Of a stretch of DNA of 64,000 bases, positions 27,817 to 37,137 are shown in pieces (position 1 is the stretch's first letter; each line of letters begins with the position of its first letter). Under the pieces are notes generated by a model, which made no database searches, was not told where the DNA came from, and worked only from the letters and a program-made list of their open reading frames with translations. Origin of the DNA: Polyangiaceae bacterium (lineage in GTDB: Bacteria; Myxococcota_A; Polyangia; Polyangiales; Polyangiaceae). The stretch covers positions 128,001 to 192,000 of the forward strand of contig JBILLK010000001.1 of NCBI GenBank assembly GCA_044376115.1. The letters run 5' to 3'. The position numbers and the translations under genes were made by a program.

Positions 27817-29474
27817 GCTTGCTAGAACGAACGCTCGCCACGATGCAGGGTTGGCGGACTTCTCCCAACCCAATCTTGATGCGTGAGCTTCGGCAAGACG
27901 CTCGGCTCGTAAGGACGCCCTGGCTAGTCATGGGCAGCACCATGCTGCTAGCGCTGATGATCGCCAGTATGGGCTCGCAACGGTCTGGGGCGCCTCCCGA
28001 AGAGATTGGGATGATGGTCTTTCAGACCTTCTTCGTATTGGCCTACTTTGCGTTGGCCATCGTCGGGCCTGCCATTTCCGCGAACTCGATAGCGGCGGAG
28101 CGCGAGGGTCGCACCTGGGAGGCGATGCTCCTTACGGGCATGACGGCGCGACAGATTACCCGAGGAAAATTCTTGTCGGCTGCTACCTCTGTCGGCGTTT
28201 ACGTAGTAGCAGCTGCGCCGGTTAGTGCACTGGCCTTTCTGTTCGGGGGGGTCCACTGGTCGGAGGTACTAATTGCCTTCTTCTATCTATTTTGCGCCGC
28301 CATGCTGTCGGTTAGCTTTGGTCTCGCGGTCAGCTCGCGAATGACCCAATCGCGCGGCGCAATTGTGCTAACTCTTGTTTGCGCTTTTCCGCTATCGGGG
28401 ATTGCGTTCGCTGTATTTGGGCCAGCGATCGGTCAAGGAGTTCATGAGCTTTGGCCACAAGTACCAAGCTCCGCACCATTCTGGCTCCCGCTGGCCTACG
28501 TTCGCGGTGAGTTTGGACTCACCTACCTGCTCGTGCTGGTGCTTGCCCCGCTGATTACGTTCGGCGCGCCATTGTGGGGGTTCTATGAAGCGACCTTGGC
28601 GAACCTTACCGAGCCGACGGACGACCGGTCTACTGGATTGAAGGTTTGGTTTACAGGTTTATGCGTGGCTGGAGCAGTCGCAGGCATTGGACTTCTCGGC
28701 ACCACTGCAGGAGCGTCAGCCACTACCTCCCAAAGCGCGATCCTCCCAATGTTGGCGACTGGGTTTCTAGCCATCTTTGGGGTGTTGGTACTTTTGGCAG
28801 ACCCACTGGGAGCCTCGATGCGTGTGCAGAGGCGGTGGGAGCTCTCGAACGCAGGGCGCCTGCATCGCTGGTTTGGGCCCGGACTCGTTCGAACCATGAA
28901 GCTCGTTCTGTTTGCTTCCTTGGGTCTACTGGGGGTGCTGCTCGCTGCTTCCTATGTCTTGGGAGCAGTTTTGACTATCCCGGTAGGAGACGACGCGCTC
29001 GTCGTCGGTTGCTACTGCGCTGGCTTCATAACGTTCATTGTTGGCCTGGCGGTAGCGCTTCGCTCGCGGTCCAACAATGCGACGAGCGTGAGGCTCATCA
29101 TCGGCATCATCTTCATCGCAATCTGCGCGATCCCCCCAATTGCCGCTTTTCTCGTATCGGTAGTCTTTTTTCGAGGGTCCGACGAGGGCTGGGTGGTCGC
29201 GGCGCCGTCTCCCTTCTACATGGCCGCCTTCGCTCGGGGAGGCAGTTCGGCAATCGAGGTCGCTGGCTGGGCGGCAACGTTTTCTTGGGCCGCTATTGGG
29301 CTTTTTCTCTTCCGAGTCGGTCAGAACCGAATCGAGGCGGTGATTGCAGACTTCGAATCGCGCCTCAAGGCTACTGATAGGATGTTCAAGGAGGAGGACG
29401 CACTTGCGCTAGCAGCTGAGGAGCCGCCCACGGAGGAGGCCAGGGGCTTGGAAAGCGGTTCGGAACCGGGATAA
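27813..29474 (+). CDS. ABC-2 type permease with extended polytopic C-terminus
   Basis: NPILMREL and ANSIAAEREGRTWEAMLLT...ITRGK; many TM segments. Confidence 0.82.
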   Translation: MSLLERTLATMQGWRTSPNPILMRELRQDARLVRTPWLVMGSTMLLALMIASMGSQRSGAPPEEIGMMVFQTFFVLAYFALAIVGPAISANSIAAEREGRTWEAMLLTGMTARQITRGKFLSAATSVGVYVVAAAPVSALAFLFGGVHWSEVLIAFFYLFCAAMLSVSFGLAVSSRMTQSRGAIVLTLVCAFPLSGIAFAVFGPAIGQGVHELWPQVPSSAPFWLPLAYVRGEFGLTYLLVLVLAPLITFGAPLWGFYEATLANLTEPTDDRSTGLKVWFTGLCVAGAVAGIGLLGTTAGASATTSQSAILPMLATGFLAIFGVLVLLADPLGASMRVQRRWELSNAGRLHRWFGPGLVRTMKLVLFASLGLLGVLLAASYVLGAVLTIPVGDDALVVGCYCAGFITFIVGLAVALRSRSNNATSVRLIIGIIFIAICAIPPIAAFLVSVVFFRGSDEGWVVAAPSPFYMAAFARGGSSAIEVAGWAATFSWAAIGLFLFRVGQNRIEAVIADFESRLKATDRMFKEEDALALAAEEPPTEEARGLESGSEPG

Positions 29475-29516
29475 GCCCAAGACCTTCGGGTGGCTGCGTG
29501 CTAAACCGCGTCGACA

Positions 29517-30440
29517 GTGGGCTCACTCCGTCGGCTTCGACTCGCCATCTCCGCCGCACTGGCGCTTGCAATCGTTACTGGCAGCGGTTCGGGCTCAACA
29601 GCAGAAGAGCGATCAGCGCGGAGCTCCCTGCAAAAGGCCTCCAGAGACAAGAAGAAGGCCGCTCGGGTCGAGGCTGACCTAAGCGTACTTTCGCGATTCT
29701 CTACCAAGTTCAAACCCGGTGAAGCGCGCGTTAAGAACATCAAGCGCATCGCTGAGTTGATCAATGGGACCGTAGTACCTGCGGGAGAGTCCTTTAGCCT
29801 CAACCGAACCGTCGGTGCGCGGACCGAGGAACGTGGCTTCGTTCCGGCCCCAAGTATTCTCGATCTGGAGTACGTCGAAACGGTGGGGGGGGGCGTCAGC
29901 CAGTTTGCGACAACGCTTTATAACGCCCTCTACAACGCTGGCTTCCCAATCCTCGAGCACAAGCCGCACAGCCACTACATCAGCCGTTATCCGCCTGGTG
30001 TTGAAGCAACACTTTCATGGCCTGGACCGGACCTTGTCTTCAAGAACGACTCCGAGTCGCCGGTTGTCATCAAAGCGACGGTGTCAAAGGATCGAGTTTC
30101 GGTGAAGTTGCTTGGTCATACGCCCGGGCGGAAGGTAGATCGCAAAGCGCCTGTTGAACTCGAGCGTAAGTCTGCGCCCGTCGAGCTAGTCGGAGACGCG
30201 ACGATCTCCCCGTCAAAGCAGAAAATAGAGCGGCCAGGGTCACCCAGGCGGACCGTGCGGGTTGAGCGCACAATCCAGAATCCTGGTAAGCCCAAGAAGG
30301 TGGATCAGGAGGTCGTCGTCTATCTGTCCTCAAAAAAGGTGGTGCGGGTGCATCCCTGTAAACTGCCAATTGGACACAAGGACAGGTCCCAAGAACCATG
30401 TCCCACGAAGGGCAAGCGCAAGAGCGCCAAGAAGGCCTGA
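29517..30440 (+). CDS. VanW family protein
   Basis: NGTVVPAGESFSLN, GGGVSQFATTLYNA, ILEHKPHS, PGVEAT, DLVFKND; start codon uncertain. Confidence 0.88.
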   Translation: MGSLRRLRLAISAALALAIVTGSGSGSTAEERSARSSLQKASRDKKKAARVEADLSVLSRFSTKFKPGEARVKNIKRIAELINGTVVPAGESFSLNRTVGARTEERGFVPAPSILDLEYVETVGGGVSQFATTLYNALYNAGFPILEHKPHSHYISRYPPGVEATLSWPGPDLVFKNDSESPVVIKATVSKDRVSVKLLGHTPGRKVDRKAPVELERKSAPVELVGDATISPSKQKIERPGSPRRTVRVERTIQNPGKPKKVDQEVVVYLSSKKVVRVHPCKLPIGHKDRSQEPCPTKGKRKSAKKA

Positions 30441-30562
30441 CACGCGCGAAGTAGCGTTCGCACCAACGCATAGTGGGGGACGATAAACAGCCTGCTTGGG
30501 GTGTCGAAAATCGGACAGACTACTTGCCTCAGCTTTGCTTTCAGTGCAGATGAGCGAAGCCC

Positions 30563-31576
30563 ATGGAGTCAGCAGCAACCGAACAGGCCCCGAGTAGCGC
30601 CGCTGCCCGCCGAGACGGCCGCGAACTCATTGAAGCTACCAAACCATTCGTCGAGGAGAACGTCGGCGAGAGCTGGCGGCACCTGATCGTCGCCATTGTG
30701 CTGATCGCGAGTGCCACCACGGCTTCAGCTTTGATTCCGTTTTGGCCAGCCCGGCTTTGCAGCGCAGTTCTCTCGGGGCTGCTGATCGTGCGTCTGTTCA
30801 TCATCTACCACGACTTTTTCCATGGTGCGCTGCTGCGTAACTCCAAAGCAGCCAAGGTGGTGCTCAGCATTTACGGAATGCTGGTGCTTGCTCCGCCGCG
30901 GGTCTGGAAAGAAACGCACAACTACCATCATGCACACACCGCCCAAATCATCGGGTCGCACATCGGCTCATTCCCGGTCGTGACCACCGAGATGTGGAAG
31001 AAGATGAGTGCGCGCGACCGGCTCAAGTACAAAGTGGTTCGGCACCCGCTTACCATTCTGCTGGGATACGTGCCGATCTTCATGATTGGTATGTGCGTAA
31101 ACTCGCTGCGCAAATCGTTTACTAAGTATTGGGACTCGGCAGCTGCGCTCGCCCTCAACTGGGCGCTAACCGCAACGCTGATTTGGCAGTTTGGAATCGC
31201 AACGACGTTTTTTACGTACCTGCTGCCCCTCATGGTGGCCACGGCGATGGGCGGCTATCTCTTCTACGCCCAGCACAACTTCCCATCGATGATGCTTCGT
31301 CCGCGACAGAATTGGACGTTCGCTGGTGCCGCACTCGAGTCCTCTAGCTACATGCCCATGGGCTCGTTCATGCAATGGATGACGGGCAACATTGGTTTTC
31401 ACCACGTTCATCACCTTAACTCGCAGATACCGTTCTACCGGCTTCCCGAGACGATGGCGTCGATTGACGAGCTGCAGGCCCCCGGACAGACTTCACTCGC
31501 GCCCAAGGACATTGCGCGCTGTCTCCAATTGAAGCTGTGGGACGCAGAGCGAAAAGAGATGGTTGGCTACCCGTAG
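30563..31576 (+). CDS. Membrane fatty-acid desaturase (Des-like)
   Basis: Three His boxes HDFFH, HNYHH and HHVHH; also FYAQHNF and IPFYRL. Confidence 0.93.
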   Translation: MESAATEQAPSSAAARRDGRELIEATKPFVEENVGESWRHLIVAIVLIASATTASALIPFWPARLCSAVLSGLLIVRLFIIYHDFFHGALLRNSKAAKVVLSIYGMLVLAPPRVWKETHNYHHAHTAQIIGSHIGSFPVVTTEMWKKMSARDRLKYKVVRHPLTILLGYVPIFMIGMCVNSLRKSFTKYWDSAAALALNWALTATLIWQFGIATTFFTYLLPLMVATAMGGYLFYAQHNFPSMMLRPRQNWTFAGAALESSSYMPMGSFMQWMTGNIGFHHVHHLNSQIPFYRLPETMASIDELQAPGQTSLAPKDIARCLQLKLWDAERKEMVGYP

Positions 31577-31623
31577 TTCCAGGGCCGACAGCCTCCAGTT
31601 ACTGAGTCATTCCGTTTGCTCTA

Positions 31624-31686
31624 TCCACCTTCGATGGAAGGGACTCAGGCCAAGTCGATGGTCCAACAGCATCCACCTTCGGTGGA
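31624..31686. repeat. Two copies of palindrome TCCACC-TTC-G(A/G)TGGA, 48 bp apart
   Basis: Copies at 31624-31638 (one mismatch) and 31672-31686 (perfect); the flanking a...a bases are also shared. Confidence 0.8.
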
Positions 31687-31745
31687 ATGAGCGTGTGGGC
31701 CATTGACACGTCTCAATGGTAAGTGGAACATCCGACTCCTGTATG

Positions 31746-31834
31746 CCCGTTCATTACGGGGACTGCGCAAGCAGTCGATGCGCCATGATCCGACGTGGCG
31801 ACCAAAGCCGCCCTACCTGACACTCGGGCGCGGC
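31746..31834 (+). ncRNA. Putative structured 5'-leader RNA (four consecutive hairpins)
   Basis: cccgt/acggg, gactgc-GCAA-gcagtc (GNRA loop), cgccatg/cgtggcg and cgccc/gggcg lie immediately before RBS AGGAG (31842) and the GTG at 31854. Confidence 0.35.
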
Positions 31835-31853
31835 GATAGCCAGGAGAACAACT

Positions 31854-32465
31854 GTGACCACACCGCGCGATGAGATCAGAAGTCTTGTAGGGAAGTTTAC
31901 TTCAGACCTCGAGGGCCTCGTTCGAACGGCGGCTCTGGCGGCAGTGCAAAATGCGCTGGGCTCCGCTGCTTCCAAGGCCGTCCTCGACAAGCAGTCGCGC
32001 ACAGTGGCGCTCAAGAGTATGCCGGTTGCAAACGTTTCTAAGGCAAAGCAGGGGGCCTCAGCCAACACGACAACTAAGCGGGTGGCAGCTGCAAAGCCCA
32101 CAAAAGCCAGCAAGCCCGCTAAGGTCATGTCAGCTAAGCCCACCAAATCGGCTAAGCCCGCGAAAGCCCCTCGGCTCAGCGCCCCCAGCAAAGTCGCCAA
32201 AGCCGCAAAATCGAGCGGTAAGGCTACAGCTTCAAAACGCATCCGGCGGTCCGACGACCAGATCGACTTGATGGCAAACGCTATTCACGACTACGTCGTC
32301 GCGCACCCAGGCTCTGGGGCGGAGCAAATCAAGACCTCCCTGAAGATCTCGAAAGCCCAATGGCTGCTTCCCATCAAACGGTTGCAAGACCAAGGGCGTC
32401 TCCTTGCCCGTGGAGAGAAGCGCAACACGACGTATACCTCTGCTCGCTCCCCCTCGAAAAGATAG
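31854..32465 (+). CDS. Histone-H1-like Lys/Ala/Pro-rich DNA-binding protein with C-terminal winged helix
   Basis: AGGAG RBS; N-terminal amphipathic helices; AAKPTKASKPAK repeats; RRSDDQID...HPGSGAEQIKTSL...LPIKRL...GEKRNTTY. Confidence 0.75.
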   Translation: MTTPRDEIRSLVGKFTSDLEGLVRTAALAAVQNALGSAASKAVLDKQSRTVALKSMPVANVSKAKQGASANTTTKRVAAAKPTKASKPAKVMSAKPTKSAKPAKAPRLSAPSKVAKAAKSSGKATASKRIRRSDDQIDLMANAIHDYVVAHPGSGAEQIKTSLKISKAQWLLPIKRLQDQGRLLARGEKRNTTYTSARSPSKR

Positions 32466-32471
32466 CGTTGG

Positions 32472-33131
32472 ATGGGACCGCGGGGAGTTGACGCGGTAGA
32501 GGCCGAACGGGAGCAATTCATCGTCACCCAGACGGTGCTTGCTCCCGTTTCGCTTTTGCCAAACATATTGCTCTATCAAGCCACCTCTCTCTCCCCGCTT
32601 TGGACAGAGTCCCAGGAGTTCCTCGATCGGAACGAGCTTGAGCCACCCTATTGGGCCTTTGCTTGGCCGGGCGGTATTGCACTGGCCCTTTACGTGCTGG
32701 ACCATCCTGAAACCGTGCGGGGCAAAGCGGTAGTTGACTTCGGGAGTGGGAGCGGATTGGTAGCCATCGCCGCCGCGTTGGCAGGGGCTGCATCAGTTGT
32801 TGCAGTGGACCGCGATCCGCTGGCCAGGACCGCGATTCGACTAAACGGTGGGCGGTATGGCGGAGTGATACGAGCAGCGGCGGAGCCGCCGCCGGTTCGC
32901 CCAGGTGATTGTATGCTGGGAGGGGACTTGTTCTATGAAGCCGAAGCCGCGCGGAAGTTCTCGGAGTGGTTCCGAGCTCTCGCTGAGTCGGGAGCTACCG
33001 TGCTCGTTGGGGATCCTGGTAGGGCCTACGTCCCACTCGACTTTCGATGCGTAAAAGAGCTTGAAGTGCCAACGTTGCCCGATCTCGAGTCACGGGACCG
33101 CATGGTTGCGCGAGTGCTTACTCCGCCATGA
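32472..33131 (+). CDS. Class I SAM-dependent protein lysine methyltransferase (METTL20/ETFBKMT- or PrmA-like)
   Basis: PPYWAFAWPGG, VVDFGSGSGLVAIAA, GDLFYE, VGDPGR. Confidence 0.85.
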   Translation: MGPRGVDAVEAEREQFIVTQTVLAPVSLLPNILLYQATSLSPLWTESQEFLDRNELEPPYWAFAWPGGIALALYVLDHPETVRGKAVVDFGSGSGLVAIAAALAGAASVVAVDRDPLARTAIRLNGGRYGGVIRAAAEPPPVRPGDCMLGGDLFYEAEAARKFSEWFRALAESGATVLVGDPGRAYVPLDFRCVKELEVPTLPDLESRDRMVARVLTPP

Positions 33132-34194
33132 GCCCTAGCGTCTCCGACGATTCACCGATTGCCTCGACGGAGACCAGCTCAACGAGGTGCGGAAGTGGAG
33201 ACGTCTGTTTCCAGATGGCGCTCTCCCAGTCATTGAAGAGCACTTGTGCAGGAGCCACCCCAGGTTTCAGCTTCAGAGTTATGCGATAGCGCTTGAGCTG
33301 AAGCCCGGTAGCAGTGGGACTCAGTCGCGTAACGGTCAACGCAGGCTGCTCCTTGGCTGGTACACGGTACTCAAAGAAGTTCGACTCGAAGACCTTCTCA
33401 CGCCCTTGTACTGACCAACGCCACCCGACCAAATTTTCGGCCTTACCTTCCCTTGTCTGACGCTTCTCGACTACCTGAAGAAACGTCGTTTCGTCGTCGA
33501 ATCTGGCAAGACCAAACCCCGTCGACGTGTTGAAGGCATCGAGTAGAGGTAGCTTTGCAATGAAGCGCGGGCTGCGACCCTCAATCTGGTAAAGCTCGCG
33601 CTCCGCCAGCGGGATGCTAGTCGGTTGCGTTTGCGGTGGCTCTTCACCTGGCGTTGGCTCCGGCACCGGACCGAAGTCGGTATCTCGATCCGACCGCTCC
33701 AATGCCACTCGAGTTGCTAGCGCAGTCTCGTCCGCTAAGCGCCACTCCACGAGAGCGAAGCGACCATTCATAAGCTGGCGTGTCATTACGCGGTCCGTCT
33801 CCCGCTCATACGGAGCGCGCACGCGGTCCCACGGCGCGGATGTAGCCGGCTCCGGAAACGTGTCCCGTTCGCTCACGACTCCGCCAGGGACGAGCCCAGC
33901 CAGGACGGTAGCTTCATATCGGCTCAGCAACGGTCCACAGGAGACAACGCCTCCTTTCGTCTGCGGCGCGAGCCCTGTCTGCGAACAAATACTCTCGAGT
34001 AAGGGGGCATCGGCTTGTGGCGCACTGACCTCGAATGAGAGCAAGGTCGACAGCATCGTTGACTGCTCACGCTTGCCCGCGCCGCTGGCTTCGGCCAGGC
34101 CCCTCCCCGTTTGGGCCTGCTCGCTTCCGCCACAGGCCAGAAGCACTAGGCTGCACCAGGCGGACGCCAATTCTCGTGCACCGAGGCAAAGCAT
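33118..34194 (-). CDS. Hypothetical lipoprotein
   Basis: Long ORF filling the gap; lipobox VLLAC; start uncertain. Confidence 0.6.
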   Translation of the reverse strand: MLCLGARELASAWCSLVLLACGGSEQAQTGRGLAEASGAGKREQSTMLSTLLSFEVSAPQADAPLLESICSQTGLAPQTKGGVVSCGPLLSRYEATVLAGLVPGGVVSERDTFPEPATSAPWDRVRAPYERETDRVMTRQLMNGRFALVEWRLADETALATRVALERSDRDTDFGPVPEPTPGEEPPQTQPTSIPLAERELYQIEGRSPRFIAKLPLLDAFNTSTGFGLARFDDETTFLQVVEKRQTREGKAENLVGWRWSVQGREKVFESNFFEYRVPAKEQPALTVTRLSPTATGLQLKRYRITLKLKPGVAPAQVLFNDWESAIWKQTSPLPHLVELVSVEAIGESSETLGLMAE

Positions 34195-34303
34195 CGGCCA
34201 AGTGTTACATGCGCGCGGAAGTTACCCAACAATTCGACCTCCGCTCCCAATCAAGCCGGCAGCGCACGTCCAGCTCGACGGGCCCCGAGGCATCGTCTAA
34301 ACC

Positions 34304-35191
34304 ATGAGCGTGCCGGGCCCTCCGCTGCTTGACCCTGCTAGCGTCCGCGAGCTCGAAGCGTTGCGTCGGCGACTGGAGGTTCGCGCGCGATCAGGTCAAG
34401 GAGGAGACCACCTCTCAAAGCGCAGGGGCTCCAGCGTCGAATTCAGAGAGCACCGAACGTACGAACCGGGGGACGATCTGCGGCGCATCGACTGGGGGGC
34501 TTACGCCCGCACCGGCGAGCCGATGATCAAAGTGTTTCGGTCAGAGGAAGACGTCGTCGTGCGCTTCCTCTGCGACGCCTCTGCTTCGATGAGCTTTGGG
34601 GAACCCTCGAAGCTCGAATTTGCACAGCGTTTCGCCGCAGCGGTTGGCTACATGGTTCTGGCACGCAGTGAACGTGCCCAAGTTCTCTCCGCCGCGGATG
34701 GGCTCGTTTCGATGCGAGCACCAAACAAAGGGCGAGCGGGCTTGCCTGGATTCTTGAGTTCGCTCGAGCAACTCAAGCCAAACGGAGAAACGAATCTTTC
34801 AAAGGCAATTGATGACACACTAAAGCGCAGTCCAAGACCTGGTCTGCTGATCGTCATCAGCGACTTCTTTGACCCTTCGCCCGTCATACAAAGCCTCAAG
34901 CAAGCCGTTTTCGCCGGGCATCAGGTATCCATTCTGCAAGTGCTCACTCGAGAGGAGCTCGAGCCCAATTATGAAGGAGACCTCGCGCTCGTCGATGCAG
35001 AGACCGGCGCCGAGATCGAGGTCACTATGGATGTTGGTGCTTTGGAGGCCTATCGACGCAGACTGCAAAGTCTGAGCGACACACTAGCGGACTTCGCTCG
35101 AAAGCACCGAGCAAGCTACGGACAACACTCAACGAGCGACAGCATAGTTGAAGCCGTCCGGGGCTATGTTGAGAGAGGAGCTCGACCTTGA
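34304..35191 (+). CDS. DUF58 domain protein (VWA-like)
   Basis: GSSVEFREHRTYEPGDDLRRIDW, MIDAS-like CDASASM, IVISDF. Confidence 0.93.
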   Translation: MSVPGPPLLDPASVRELEALRRRLEVRARSGQGGDHLSKRRGSSVEFREHRTYEPGDDLRRIDWGAYARTGEPMIKVFRSEEDVVVRFLCDASASMSFGEPSKLEFAQRFAAAVGYMVLARSERAQVLSAADGLVSMRAPNKGRAGLPGFLSSLEQLKPNGETNLSKAIDDTLKRSPRPGLLIVISDFFDPSPVIQSLKQAVFAGHQVSILQVLTREELEPNYEGDLALVDAETGAEIEVTMDVGALEAYRRRLQSLSDTLADFARKHRASYGQHSTSDSIVEAVRGYVERGARP

Positions 35192-37137
35192 GTTCGCTAG
35201 CGCTGACCTCCAGGGCTGGCCTGCTCCTGCTACTTCTGGCTGTACCGCTGATTGTCCTGTACATCTTGCGGGTCCGGCGCCGGAAGGTCAGCGTCGGCTC
35301 AACCTGGCTTTGGGCGGCGGCTCAACGTGACTTGATGGCCAAGTCGCCATTCAAGCGGCTCTTGCTCCAAGTACCGCTATTGCTGCAACTTGCGCTCCTC
35401 GCCGCGCTCGCCATTGCGTTGGCCAAACCCGCTAGGCTTGCTGAAGGCGCGTTTGGTGAACATATCGCAGTCGTCATTGATGTAAGCGCGTCGATGTCGA
35501 CCCAGCAGGCAGGAGACGCCGCCACTCGACTCGCGAGCGCAAAGGCGGCTGCACTCGAGCTGGTCAATGGGTTGGCGCCCGGCGCGCAAATCATGATTGT
35601 AGAGGCGGCGCACGAGCCGAGAATTGCCTCCCCTTTGGACAGGGACCGCGCTCGCGTCGATAGGGCGATTCGCAACGTTGAGCAGCAAGAGGTGGTGGGC
35701 AATCTCTCTGGGGCTATCGCGTTGGCGGTGGACCGACTCAAAGAGTTCGAGGACGGCCGTGTCGTGGTGTTCACCGACGGTTACTTGGCTGAGCCACCAG
35801 AGCTTGCAAAAGCCAAAACTCCGATTGAGTTCATCCTTGTTGGAAAGCCTGAGAACAATACTGCAATCGTGCGGGTCGACGCGCGCGTTTACGCCGAAGC
35901 CAATAGAGACCTCACCGAGGTCTTTGTCCTATTAGCCAACTACGGCACCGAGAGTCGCGAAGCGTTTGTTACCGTCCGAATGGATGGCGAGGAATCTCCG
36001 CGCGACTCGCGCCGCCTCATGCTACCGCCCGGAGATCGCACGCCAGTGGTGCTGGTCTTTGAGGCGAGCCCAGCAGAAGCTGGGCGCGCACTGGTGGTCG
36101 ACGTCTCTCCGCACGATGCAATGCCAGTGGATGACGTTGTGTTTTCCAAGGTGCCCTTTGGTGAGGAACTCGAAGTTTGGTACCTCACGAAGGCGCCGAC
36201 AGAAGAAAGCATCTGGGCCATCCGCGCCTTCTCCGCTGACCCGAAGGTTCGACTGAAGAAGGGCGTATTGGGGTCCAACGACCAAAGCATTCCCTCAGAC
36301 GCTTTGGTTATCGTGGATGGCGCTTGCCCGCCTGCGGACTTTCCAGGCGGTGACCTATTGGTGCTCAACCCCGGACCAGGCCCGTGTTTGGGGCTGAACG
36401 CGAAGCCTCCGGTGAAAGAGCCCGTGATCACCTCTTGGGAGACGGGTGATGCGCGGTTGCGCTTCGTTTCGCTCGATCGCCTCCACATCTCGGAAGCGAC
36501 ACCGCTGGAGGGCGGCGCCCACATTACGGAACTCGCAAGAGCTGACGACAATGTCATTATCCGCGACGCCTCCACGCCGGGGAGGTCCGCAACCGTCGTT
36601 GGCTTCAACGTTGGTGAGTCTGATTGGCCGTTAAAGGCCTCTTGGGTGCTCTTCTGTCGAAACATCGCCGAACAGGCCCGGATTCACCGAACCGCGAGCA
36701 CGAGTACGACGCTGGTCGCTGGCGAACCACTTCGAGTTAGCGTGCCTGGGGGAACCGTCACCGTCGAAGCAAAGGGTCCCACCGGTGAAGCGTTGGACGT
36801 TTCACTCCGAAGTGGGCTAGCCGTGATTCCTCGCTCGGGCAAGGTTGGACTCTACAGACTCGCCTATTCGGGACGGATGGCGGGAACGTTGGCTATACCC
36901 CTTAACCTCACGAGCGAGACAGAGTCTAATCTCGGCGCGCTGGCCAACATCCCCACCTCGGACCAGGTCTCGACCCGAACGAGCGACGATGCGCCCAAAC
37001 GCTTCCTGGAGTTTGGCTGGCTCTTGGCGGCATTGGGTCTCGTGATTCTGCTGTTCGAGCTCTGGTACCACACCCGCAACGCACAACCCGTTGGGGATAA
37101 GGTGACTCTTCCAACAGGCAAAGTGCAGGTCCGATGA
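35188..37137 (+). CDS. BatA N-terminal + VWA domain membrane protein
   Basis: PLIVLYIL...STWLW...LQLALL...LAKP (BatA-type N-terminus); IDVSASM; VFTDG; C-terminal TM; TTGA-coupled to DUF58. Confidence 0.88.
   Translation: MSSLALTSRAGLLLLLLAVPLIVLYILRVRRRKVSVGSTWLWAAAQRDLMAKSPFKRLLLQVPLLLQLALLAALAIALAKPARLAEGAFGEHIAVVIDVSASMSTQQAGDAATRLASAKAAALELVNGLAPGAQIMIVEAAHEPRIASPLDRDRARVDRAIRNVEQQEVVGNLSGAIALAVDRLKEFEDGRVVVFTDGYLAEPPELAKAKTPIEFILVGKPENNTAIVRVDARVYAEANRDLTEVFVLLANYGTESREAFVTVRMDGEESPRDSRRLMLPPGDRTPVVLVFEASPAEAGRALVVDVSPHDAMPVDDVVFSKVPFGEELEVWYLTKAPTEESIWAIRAFSADPKVRLKKGVLGSNDQSIPSDALVIVDGACPPADFPGGDLLVLNPGPGPCLGLNAKPPVKEPVITSWETGDARLRFVSLDRLHISEATPLEGGAHITELARADDNVIIRDASTPGRSATVVGFNVGESDWPLKASWVLFCRNIAEQARIHRTASTSTTLVAGEPLRVSVPGGTVTVEAKGPTGEALDVSLRSGLAVIPRSGKVGLYRLAYSGRMAGTLAIPLNLTSETESNLGALANIPTSDQVSTRTSDDAPKRFLEFGWLLAALGLVILLFELWYHTRNAQPVGDKVTLPTGKVQVR

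Noticed and set aside
29517..30440. VanW as evidence of vancomycin resistance
   Set aside because: No vanHAX or vanRS genes nearby; VanW-like proteins are widespread outside resistance clusters.
31795..31845. Resemblance to a c-di-GMP-I/GEMM riboswitch (gaccaaagcc...gatagccag)
   Set aside because: The upstream GGCAAA-stem-GNRA-stem-GACGCAAAG arrangement and tetraloop receptor are not in register; kept only as an unassigned structured leader.
34185..34201. Sigma-54-like TTGGCCGATGCTTTGCC on the minus strand
   Set aside because: Spacing is correct but it overlaps the predicted start codon of the lipoprotein; cannot be resolved without TSS data.
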